From Selaginella moellendorffii (lineage: Eukaryota; Plantae; Lycopodiophyta): a stretch of DNA of 64,000 bases. The stretch spans positions 3,230,529 to 3,294,528 of the forward strand of contig NW_003314265.1 of the NCBI RefSeq assembly GCF_000143415.4, read 5' to 3'. Both the position numbers and the translations under genes were made by a program. The notes beneath the pieces are model-generated. The model did no database searches and had not been told where the DNA came from. It was given only the letters and a program-made list of their open reading frames with translations. How positions within the stretch are numbered: position 1 is the first letter of the stretch; each line of letters begins with the position of its first letter. Below, piece by piece: positions 22,809-33,398 of this stretch.

Positions 22809-25800
22809 ATTCTCAAGGCTAACAAGTCCCCAAGTCTGGAATAAGACTTATGGAGGTTGTGAGTGAGACTCCTCCATGTGGTCGAAGGTGTGGTTAAGTG
22901 ACTAAAGTAGAATGAAAAATTTAATCGCTTACACTGTGGAGCCATAAAGAGTCTAAAACATGGAATTGCCTATACTAGATTGCATAGCAATTAGAAAATT
23001 TGTGAAAGGAGAGGCTTTAGTAAGATAAAGGATAGAGTCCCTTCAATGTTCCAAAACAATTTTCTAGGTAAGTTAGTACTTAAAAAGACAAGTTTAAATA
23101 GTTTATAGGAATGCACAACATTAGAGTGGTATAGCAGAAGTGTGACCTTGAAATTTGCCATGAGGCGAAGGTATCAAAGTTGAGGAAGTAGTTTTCGAGT
23201 GTTAAAAGAAATAGTTTTAAACGAAAGTTGATGTTTGAGGACTTTCATGCTTATACATAAAACCATGTTATGCTAATCATATAACTTGCTAAACGAAAAT
23301 GGCATGTCAAATGAACAAATACCCTTGTTGAAAGTGTTGACTTTAAAAGGGGTAGCCCATGGGGCCAAATATGGAGAAGTCCATGCAAGATCATAACTAG
23401 TTTGTCAGATGAGAAGACTTAGAAGCTCAAAAGAACTAAGTTCCTAAACTATGATCCATAGTGCACTTTGGGTATAAGTTTATGCACCGGCATGGGGAGT
23501 CATGCTAGGCATCTTAGGTGATGCTTTCTGTAGATGCATATGCAGAGATTGGGTTCGAGTCCCAACCCTTTAGTGCTTATATTTGAGTTTCAACTCACTA
23601 GGGTGTGATGATGGTTTGGAATATGAGAACACTTATTTTTTGGTGGTCTAAGACTCTCAATAAAGAGGTTGACTTGGGCACACCGCCAAACAAGAGATGC
23701 CCTGGAGTCATGATGCATAACTAAATTACTTCCTTATGATCCTTATGAGGTTAAAGAAGGATACTAATGGATTGTGAGAAAGGAAATATATTTCCAAAGA
23801 TAGATTCCCAAATGCTCCAATTTAGCAAAGATGAATGCTCCAAGAGGATAGAGCAGCAAAATAACCAAATGATAAGGCCATGAATAGCCCTAACATGAAT
23901 TATGTATAAATAGAATTTAGTTTCAAAGGTGGTATAATATAAAAGAGGATAATGGTGGCCTCAAGTAAAGAACTTTCTAAGTGCAATGCAAAGTGTCAAA
24001 CACATCTAGGAAATTGACTAGAGATGTCAATATTAAAATTCTAGAATGCAATAGTATGTTAGTAAAGGTTGAGACTACTCTAGAATGAATAGTGAAATTG
24101 AAATAAATAAAGAGTCTCTAATGGGTTTAGCAAGAACTAAATGAACAAAGGTAAAGAATTACCACTTGCGATTTAATAAAGCTATAAGGTGGAAAGACTA
24201 CACTCTTTAGAGGATGAGCAAGATATGGTGAGCCTTCAATGTCGAACCATTGATGAATATTGGCTTGGTGCTAAGAATGAAAAAAGTAATATATGATGGT
24301 GTTACTTATTGTTTAATGAAGACATTGAACTTCATCTATAGATGGTGGAGTTATGAAATACAAATCCCAAAGCCCTAAAGTGGAGCTGAAAGGGTGCCCT
24401 ATGGTAGTGGTCAAAGTGGAAGTCCAACAAGTGTAATATGTTTAGACCAAAAGCTCTAACTTGGATAGTCGAGAGCAGGAGTGGAACTCTGAACAAAATG
24501 CTTGAGGAATGAGCACGAAGCAGTCCGAGATAGAGTCCGAGAAGGAGTCCAAGATGGACTTGAGATGGAATTTGAAATGGAGCCCAAGATGGACCCAAGA
24601 TGGAGTCCGAAATTGAGACCGAGATGAGACCAAGACTGAAACCAAGTCCAAGTCCAAGACCAAATTTGAATACTAATATAGGATGTGGAGCTCAAAGCGA
24701 TCATCCCCCAGGGTGGGGCTGCAAGGGGTTCCAAAAGTATAGTAGGGATAGTAGGGAGAGTGTGGGGGTTTGACTCTAGTAAAACTAATTTAGCTAGGAA
24801 AGGCTAATGTGGCCCAAGAAGGTTATACCCATGTGTTAGGTGATGATATAACCACTGGGGATTCCAAGGTTAGAGTGAATATGGATAAATAAGCAAGGTA
24901 ACTTGATGAAGTGTTCAAGAGTCAGCTTTAGCTCCTCTAAGAGATCCAATGGTTAATGCTCCCAATCCAAGTGTGGGTGGCATTACCTACTTGGTTGCTT
25001 GGTATGGCTCATTAGAACTTTGCTCTAGCCCCATGGCTAAGGCACCTAAAAGTGAAAGGTGGGGAGAGTACCCATGAGGCTCATGTAGGCCCATGGTGTT
25101 TCGAAATGTCATCCCAAAGTCCTAAATTGTAGAAAGAAAAAGGAATAGTCCTCTTGTGTAATGACCAAGGATATGGTCACAGAGTGAGGAAGTCCTAGAG
25201 GTCAATAGGACTTAATGGTTGGGCCATCAAACCCTGACCCTGTAGCAATGTTGGAGAGCATGGCTATAGATGGAGAAGGATTTGGTGGGGACTAAGGAAG
25301 GGACATTCGGAAAGGGTATTCCCCATGTCTCCAAGCATCCTAAGGATGTTAAGGTGTAATTCTAGGATAACCACTTCTAAATGGATAGCTTAGTCTTTGG
25401 GAGACGGGGTTGTGATACAAATAGTCTTGGACTACTAATGTGATAAATGTGAATGGATATGGCCTTAGTGTGATAGGCTGATAGGTTACTAGTACCTTTG
25501 GGGTGTTTGTCATAGGATCAAACACATGAAGCATTTGAACCAAATGCAAAGGTTGAGTGGTATAGATGCCATTCATGGGGCTAGCATGTCCTCAAATTAG
25601 AAATAAGACTTATGAAGGTTATGAGTGAGACTCTTTCAAATGGTCAAAGGTATGGTTAAGTGACTAAAGTAGAATAGAAAATTTAGTTACACCAACATCT
25701 CTTTGCCTTCTTTCTTCTATTAGAGGTTTTTTCTTTTTGTGAGACACAAAATCCCTAGGCCCCAAAGTGGAGCTGGAAGGGTGCCACGTGGTAGTGGCCG

Positions 25801-25965
25801 AAGCGAAAGCCAAACGAGCATAACACGTTTGGACTAAAAGCTCCGACTTGAAAGGTCGAGAGCGGGAGTGGAACTCCCAACAAGGGCTTGAGGAAGGAGC
25901 ACGAAGCGAGCCATAAGCGAGGCTCTAAAAAGGGACCCAAAAGGACCAACACATGACACATGGCA

Positions 25966-26510
25966 GAGTCCGAGGTGGACCCCGAGATGGACCCGAGATG
26001 GAGTCCGAGAAGGAGTCCGAGATGGACCAAGGCGGAGTCCAAAAAGGAGTCCGAGATGGACCAAGGCGGAGTCCGAGAAGGAGTCCGAGATGGACCCGAG
26101 ATGGAGTCCGTGATGAACCCGAGATGGAGTCCGTGATGAACCCGAGATGGAGTCCAAGATGGAGTCCGAGATGGACCCAAGATGAAGTCCGAGATGGACC
26201 CGAGATGGAGTCCGAGATGGAGTCCGAGATGGACCCTGAGATGGACCCAAGATAGAGTCCGAGGTGGACCCGAGATGGAGTCTAAGATGGACCCCGAGAT
26301 GGACCTGAGATGGAGTCTGAGGTGGACCCCAAGATGGAGTCCGAGGTGGACCAAGATGGAGTCTGAGATGGACCCGAGGTGGAGTCCGAGATGGAGTCTG
26401 AGATGGAGTCCGAGATGGAACCGAGACCGGGACCGAGACCGAGACCGAGACCGAGACCAAGTTCGAGTCCGAATCCGGGACCGAGACCGAGTCCGAGTCC
26501 GAGTCTGAGT
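25966..26510 (+). repeat. LTR U3 tandem array (GTCCGAGATGGA / CCCGAGATGGA units, then CCGAGA hexamers)
   Basis: Dozens of 10-12-bp units. The same array occurs at 32057-32680 and is decayed at 15222-15570 and 24523-24660. Confidence 0.95.
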
Positions 26511-27542
26511 TCGAATACTAATATAGGCAGTTGGGTGAAAGCCCAAAGCGATCGTCCCCCAGGGGGGGGGGGGGGGGGGGAGCTGCAGGGGGTTCCAAAA
26601 GTATAGTAGGGAGAGTGTGGGGGTTGGAGCCCAGTGGAGCCAGTTTGGCCAGGAAAGGCCAGTTTGGCCCAGGAAGGCTAGACCCAGTGTTGGGTGATGA
26701 GCTGACCACTGTGAAGTCCAAGACTAGAGTGAACACGAACCGACAAGCGGGGTAGCTTGGTGAAGTGTTCAAGAGCCGGCTCTAGTTCCCCCGGGAGATC
26801 AACTGGCCGATGCTCCCAGTCCAAGTGTGGGTGGCACTACCTACTTGGATACCAGGCGTGGCTCAACGGAACCTCGCTCTAAGCCCATGGCTAGAGCACC
26901 CAAAGGCGGAAGGCGGGGAGAGTACCCAAGTGGCTTGTGTAAGGCCACGGTGTTCCGAAATGTTGTCCTAAATGGGGGAAAGGAGGAGGAGCAATCCTCT
27001 AGTGTAGTGACTAAGGATACAGTCACATGGTGAGGAAGTCCCAGAGGACCATGGGATTTAGTGGTCGGGCCTGTGGGCCTTGATCGAGTGGCAGTGTTGG
27101 CGAACATGGCCATGGACAGAAAAGGGACTTGGTAGGAACTGACAAAGGGACTTTGGGGAAAGCTATTCCCCAGGTCTGTGGGCATCCTAAGGATGCTAAG
27201 GAGTGGATCTAGGATGATCAGTCGTGGACGGATGGCCCAGTTTTGGAGAGACGGGATTGTGATGCAAGTGGTATTAGACCACTAGTGCGGCAAAGGTGAA
27301 TGGGCATGGCTTAGCGTAACAGGCCAATATGTCAGTGGTACCTTTGGGTGTCGGTCTTGGGACCGGATACGTAGAGCACTTGGACCAGGTGCAAGTGTTG
27401 AGTGGCATGGATGCCATTCTTGGGGCTAGCAAGTCCCAAGTCCTGAATTGGACTTATGGAGGTTGTGAATGAGACTCCTCCAAGTGGTCGGAGGTGTGGT
27501 TAAGTGACTAAAGTAGAATGGAAAAATTAGTCGCTTACAATT

Positions 27543-27554
27543 TGGTATCGGAGC
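27543..27554 (+). promoter_or_regulatory. tRNA-iMet-type primer-binding site
   Basis: TGGTATCGGAGC, 3 nt after the LTR end, one mismatch to TGGTATCAGAGC. Confidence 0.85.
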
Positions 27555-29596
27555 TGTTCCTTAGTCTGACTTTTATTGATGCTCAAGTATATCACCATTG
27601 ATATTGGCATCAGAAGTTCCTAGGAGTGGGCCTATCCATGAGGAGTAGCACGTCGAGAGGACATGGCTCTCCACTCAAGTTCATGCATGAACTTGGGCGC
27701 GATGTAGTGGATAGAAAAGGGGCTAGTAAGGGAATGACTTTGGGATCTTGGGAACAGTATATGGTTTTCCTCAGAGAGTTGAGGATGTGATCCAGATGAG
27801 CGTTTACTTAGCAAACTGGCTAATGTAGTTGTGGTAAACAACTATAGTTGGGATCACGGGAAAGATAAAGACTCCAAAGCAATAAAGGAGTCACAAGATT
27901 ATCCTCATATAGTTGAGGTTGGTGCTCATGAATGTGAGACCAGAAGTAATGACCGTGGGAGGTCAAATACGGAAGAAGACTCAAGTCCTTGAAATGGTAG
28001 CCGGGGCTACCTTTAATAAATGCTAGAACAACCCAAGGAGTTGGGGGGTGTACTTAGAGATGAGTTGGTATTCTTATCACATGGACAAGTAGTCCTAAGG
28101 GACAAAAGTTGCCCCAGAGAACAAAATCAAGTGTCAGAGTAACACTTGTGAAAATAATCCTATGAGTAGGACATGAATGCAAGAAGTGTATTCCAGTGAG
28201 CTAGTGCCCCACAAGTAGGACCTTACGGGTCTGTGGATTAACCAAGTCCAAAACTGCTGGATGACTCAAGTAGAGTCAAAGAATGGTCCTAAAGGACTGA
28301 TGGAAGCATTTGGATTAAGGTGTGTGGTACCCCACGAAGGATGGGGGGGATAATAGGATCCAAGGATGAGAACAGAGGGTATCTCATCGATGGCAAAATG
28401 TGCCATGCTAAAGTCGTAGGAAAAGTGTTCTCAAAAGAAAACAACTTTGACACAAAGTTGTGTGTGACCTCTATGGTGCAGTGTTAACGGATGGTTGGCA
28501 TGAGAAAGAGCGGTATTAGTCTTGGTAAAGACTTAGACACAAAGAAGAAGTTTCATAGGGGTAAGCTCATGGAGTCGATGGTGTGGAAACACCAAATGTG
28601 CCAATGTGTGATACCTTGAGGCCATATTAGTGGGTTCATGAGAACCCCTTGCCAAAGGAATCCCAATGGAAATGGGAATGGCATAGCCTAAGTTGCAGAG
28701 CATGCAGTTAGAGTGTGGTGACCCAGATAATGATGGAGGTGTGGAAGCACCAGCAATGAGTTGTAGGACTTGACAACTATGAGGCAACTAAGCAAGAGGT
28801 GCAAAATAATTGGTTAAACGGGTAGAAGGTAGCTACCCAAGCCTTCTTAATGGCATAGGGAAGTTGGATATACCCTTACGGGGGATAAGTTGTTTATGTT
28901 GCGATATAGTAAGTCAATGTCATAAAAGGAAATACTCATTGTCAAGGAAGCCGTCATTAGGACACCCGAACACTCTAGAACACCAGGAGGTGGTGTTTGA
29001 TGTCGCGAGGGCAATAAATAAGGCCCAAGGGACTAAATCCCTAGCGAATGATGGATAGAAGGTACTATCCAAATGTCCAAGGTGGTGGAGACAGGAGAAA
29101 ACTGTTTACTCGAATTGGACAAAGCCAAAAATGGAATTTTGGCAAGGCTAGTGATGGGCATGTAAAGGCCCATAAGCAACAACATAATCCCGATATGTGA
29201 GATTATAGGGTGAGCATACCTAGATTGAGGAACCACTCCCTAGGCTATCGGGTAGGTTCATCCCTAAGAATACTTGCTAAGGCATGATAGAAAGTGCAAA
29301 ACTATCCTCCTGATCTAGAGGAGAATGACCGAAGGAACAGTGTGAAGCCAAAAGCAAGAAGTAAGGGGATAGAACCGAACCATAGGAATTGAAGGGCATA
29401 ACTAAGGTTGGTTATGCCAGCTAGGAGTGGAGAATTAAATGGGGGCTCGAGGGTGTTGTCGCTAGCAACCGTGATGCCATGGAGGGTCTAAAATATAGAA
29501 TTGTCCATACTAGACTACATGGTAATTGGAAAGCTTGCAAAAAGGGAGGCCTTAGCAAGCTAACGGACAGAGTTCCTTCAAGGTTCCCAAAAACGA

Positions 29597-30781
29597 TTCT
29601 AGGTAGCTTAGTACCTAGAAAGGCCAAGCGTAAATGGTTCAAGGAACGCGTGAAATCAGAGTGGCGCAGCAGAAGCGTGGTCTTGAAACTTGCCATAAGG
29701 CAAGGCTATCAAGGTTAGGGAAGTAGTTCCCGAGTGTTCAAAGAGAGGGCTTTGAACAAAAGTCGATGATCAAGGGCTTTCACGCTTGTGCAGGAACCAT
29801 GTTACATTGGTCGGAGGACTTGCCAAGCGAGATTGGTAAGTCAGGGGAACAAATACCCTAGTTGAAGGTGATAACTTCAAAAAGGGTGGGCCATGGGGCT
29901 AAGCATGGAGGAGTCCATGCATGATCACAGACTTGTCAAGTGAGAGGACTTGGCAGTGTGGAGGAACTAGGTTCCTAAGCTGTGATCTATAGCGCACTTT
30001 AAGTATAAGTTGGTGCACCGGCGTGGGGAGTCACGCCAGGCATCTAGGGTGATGCCGTCCGTAGATGCATATACGGAGGTTGGGTTCGAGTCCCAACCCT
30101 CTAGTGCTTGGGTTCGAGTCCCAACTCACTAGGGCGTAGTGATGGTTTGGAATATGAGGACACTCATTTTTCGGTGGTCATGGACTCTCAGTGTGGAGAC
30201 TGGTTTGGGCACACCGCCAAGCGAGGGATGCCTCGGAGTCGTGATGCACAGTTAGATTGCTTAGTGTGGCTCAGCATATCTAACTTGAACACTTTGGTGC
30301 AAGTGGCACCAAGGACGTAGTGAATGAGATGGGGACACCCAGTCTTAGTTGCTATGGACCCTTGGCCAGAAGGGCTGACTTGGGCGCACCACCAAGTGTG
30401 GGGGATGCCCCCAAGGTTGTAGTTAATAAGTTAAAGGTCTAGAAGACCTAATACCTATTGGCAAACCTATTAAAGTGCCGAGGTGAGATCACTAGGTGAT
30501 CTTGTGGCTAAATAAAGACAAGATCCTTGTTTGGGTTAAGGAATAAGGTTCCTAATTCAAAGTGTTGATTTGAACTATTAATGATGGTGTGGCTTGGTTA
30601 AGGTGACCAAGTGGGAAAAGCACCTTAGGGAAGTGAGCTATGTCATTGCGATGGCATAGTGTGTCCAAGGAAAGTAGTCTCTAAAGAGACCCATGGGGAG
30701 GGTCACCAAAAGGTTGGGAGCCGTGGATAGAGCCCACAGCAGAAGATGCTAAAGAGACTTACTAGGGGTGAACACCCTAGT
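29597..30781 (+). ncRNA. Array of more than 20 consecutive short stem-loops including two tRNA T-arm-like hairpins
   Basis: Examples: 29597-29620, 29903-29920, 30020-30037, 30039-30056, 30058-30077, 30078-30098, 30101-30132, 30486-30502, 30593-30611, 30761-30781. Confidence 0.6.
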
Positions 30782-31548
30782 TTTGGCAAAGCAGAGCNNN
30801 NNNNNNNNNNNNNNNNNNNNNNNNNNNNNNNNNNNNNNNNNNNNNNNNNNNNNNNNNNNNNNNNNNNNNNNNNNNNNNNNNNNNNNNNNNNNNNNNNGAA
30901 TCAAAAGAATACCTCAAGGAGGGAGGTAGAGATTCGGTGTTGCTTGGTGCAATAATCAACGAATAGAAGCAAAAGACGAGTGGCCAAGATAGGGCCATGG
31001 AATCCCTTGGAAAGAATCCAAGTGGCAAAGTTAGGCGAGGAACACTAATGTGTTGGACGCTAACAAATTGCGGGAAAGGAAGTGTGTTTCCAAGGATGGA
31101 TTCCGAATTGCTCTAATTTAGCGAAAGTGGAAGCTCTAAGGGAGGGAGCGGTAAGGTAGCCAAATGATAGGGCCATGGACAGCTCTAGCACAAAGTATGA
31201 TAACTGGAACTTAGTGCCCAAGGTGGCACGAAATAGAAGAGAGGATGATCGTGCCCTCAAGTAGAGAACTTCTTAAGATGGGGAAGTGGAGTTGCACAAA
31301 ATGTGCAATGCAAGATGTTGGAGACACCTAGGAAATTGGCTTCCAGAAGTCAAAGAGTAAAAGTTCTGAGGTGCAAATGTTCAATCGATGGAAATTGAGA
31401 CTACTCGAGAAAGAGTAGTGGGATTGACTTAGAGAAGGGTCTCTAAGAGGTTTAGCGAGAACTAAACCAATAAAAGGAGAGAACCACTACATGTGGTCCA
31501 ATCAGTCTCTAAGTTGGAGAGACTACCCTCCTTAGAGGATGGGCAAGC

Positions 31549-31720
31549 CATGGTGAGCCTTCGGTGTCAAACCATTGACGAATATGGAGAAGGCATGGTG
31601 AGCCTTCAATGTCAAACCATTGACGAATATGGAGAAAGCATGGTGAGCCTTCAATGTCAAACCATTGACGAATATGGAGAAGGCATGGTGAGCCTTCAAT
31701 GTCAAACCATTGACAAATAT
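31549..31720 (+). repeat. 45-bp tandem repeat x3.8 upstream of the PPT
   Basis: Unit CATGGTGAGCCTTCAATGTCAAACCATTGACGAATATGGAGAAGG; a single unit is present in the older copy (about 24225-24260). Confidence 0.9.
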
Positions 31721-32056
31721 TGGCTGGGTGCCAAGAATGGAAATGGTAACACATGCGGATGTTACTTTATAAAATGGTTTACTGTTCGATGAGGACATCG
31801 AACTTCGTCTATGGGTGGTGGAGTTGTGAGACACAAAATCCCTAGGCCCCAAAGTGGAGCTGGAAGGGCGCCACGTGGTAGTGGCCGAATCAAAAGCCAA
31901 ACAAGCGTAACACGTTTGGACTAAAAGCTCTGACTTGAAAGGTCGAGAGCGGGAGTGGAACTCCTAACAAAGGGCTTGAGGAAGGAGCACGAAGCAAGCC
32001 ATAAGCGAGGCTCTAAAAAGGGACCCAAAAGGACCAACACATGACACGTGGCAAAG

Positions 32057-32680
32057 TCCGAGATGGACCCCGAGATGGACCCGAGATGGAGTCCGAGAAG
32101 GAGTCCGAGATGGACCAAGGCGGAGTCCAAGAAGGAGTCCGAGATGGACCAAGACGGAGTCCGAGAAGGAGTCCGAGATGGACCCGAGATGGAGTTCGAG
32201 ATGGACCCGAGATGGAGTCCGTGATGAACCCGAGATGGAGTCCGAGATGGAGTCCGAGATGGACCCGAGATGGAGTCCGAGATGGACCCGAGATGGAGTC
32301 TAAGATGGACCCGAGATGGAGTCCGAGATGGACCCGAGATGGAGTTCGAGATGGACCCCGAGATGAAGTCTGAGATGGACCCCAAGATGGACCCCGAGAT
32401 GGACCCGAGATGGAGTCTGAGGTGGACCCGAGATGGAGTCCGAGATGGACCCCGAGATGGACCCGAAATGGAGTCCGAGGTGGATTTGAGATGGAGTCCG
32501 AGGTGGACCGAGATGGAGTCTGAGGTGGACCCCAAGATGGAGTCTGAGGTGGACCGAGATGGAGTCCGAGATGGACCCGAGGTGGAGTCCGAGATGGAGT
32601 CTGACGATGGAACCGAGACCGGGACCGAGACCGAGACCGAGACCGAGACCAAGACCAAGTCCGAGCCAAGTCCGAGTCCG
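32057..32680 (+). repeat. 3' LTR U3 tandem array
   Basis: Same CCGAGATGGA units as the 5' LTR, in different number and order. Confidence 0.95.
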
Positions 32681-32773
32681 TCCAAGTGGTCGAAAATGTG
32701 GTTAAGTGACTAAAGTAGAATGGAAAAATTAGTCGCTTACACTTTTCTTGACTTTTGTTTTTTCTTAAGGGAT

Positions 32774-33195
32774 GGTTCTTATGCGAACCAACATCTCTTG
32801 GCATTCTATTTCATTTTTCGTTTACTTTTTTTACCTATTTCTACTTTGTTGTTTATTTTTTTTCTGTGTTGAAGGGGTGGGAAAAATTGGTTCATATGCA
32901 AACCAACATCTCCGCATCTTCATTTTTCTTAGACGCAAGTTTTCTTGGTTTTTTTCATGTTTCTAGGGGTAAGATCTCTATATTTTAGAAAATAAGGAGA
33001 GATAGAAATGTTGATTCTTGTGCAAACTAACATTTTCATTTAATTGTAATGACTTGACAGGGCATTTCTTGTGAAAATGGGACCATGGAAGACGTCAATT
33101 TTTGCATGAGCTGATCTCTCCCATATTCTTGTCGTGTTTTTATTTTTTCTCAAGAGGTAGGGTGAGGTCAGTTCTCACATGAACCGATCTCTCCC
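32774..33195 (+). repeat. Dispersed GGTTC...GAACCAACATCTC-like motif (about 5 copies), probable DNA-transposon subterminal repeats
   Basis: Copies at 32774-32797, 32889-32912, 33013-33033, about 33101-33122 and 33170-33195; a half copy at 25692-25701 on the other side of the LTR insertion. Confidence 0.6.
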
Positions 33196-33398
33196 AGTGA
33201 CTTGCATTTTTTTTCTTTGCATTTCTTGTAGTTTACAATCTATTTTTCACATCTTTTACTTACAAAATTTTCTTGTGAGAGCATATATAAATCAAGCTTG
33301 ACTAGCTAGAACTTCCAACAAGGGATTTAAACTTATAATGTTGCAAATTTGCTTTACATTACAAGTTGGATGTTATAGTATTTTGTCTTTTATTTTAG

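Larger units (their letters stand above)
14985..22933 (+). mobile_element. Solo LTR of the same LARD-like family inserted into the old copy, itself split by the chromovirus
   Basis: Starts TGTGAAACACAAATCCCT and ends AATCGCTTACA. Flanked by CCGTG (14980-14984) and CTGTG (22934-22938); the intact copy has a single CCGTG at this site (about 29469). Confidence 0.8.
13783..25691 (+). mobile_element. Old, 5'-truncated copy of the non-coding LTR (LARD-like) family, interrupted by nested insertions
   Basis: 13783-14984 is homologous to about 28220-29473. 22934-24351 is homologous to about 29470-31824 with an internal deletion. 3' LTR at 24352-25691 follows PPT GATGGTGGAGT. Confidence 0.8.
25738..32741 (+). 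mobile_element. Structurally complete non-autonomous LTR retroelement (LARD-like) with non-coding internal domain
   Basis: 5' LTR 25738-27539; 3' LTR 31825-32741 (about 1 kb internal deletion); TSD CTTTT (25733-25737 and 32742-32746); PBS 27543-27554; PPT before 31825; no gag or pol motifs. Confidence 0.9.

Noticed and set aside
25755-26606. Ser/Arg/Pro/His-rich ORFs (also 15194-15758 and 31921-32804)
   Set aside because: Translations of LTR tandem repeats, open in several frames.
30012-30132. tRNA gene
   Set aside because: Only T-arm-like hairpins; no 7-bp acceptor stem, D-arm or anticodon arm.
31549-31720. CRISPR-like array (also 9211-9293)
   Set aside because: Head-to-tail repeats without unique spacers, no cas genes and a eukaryotic context.
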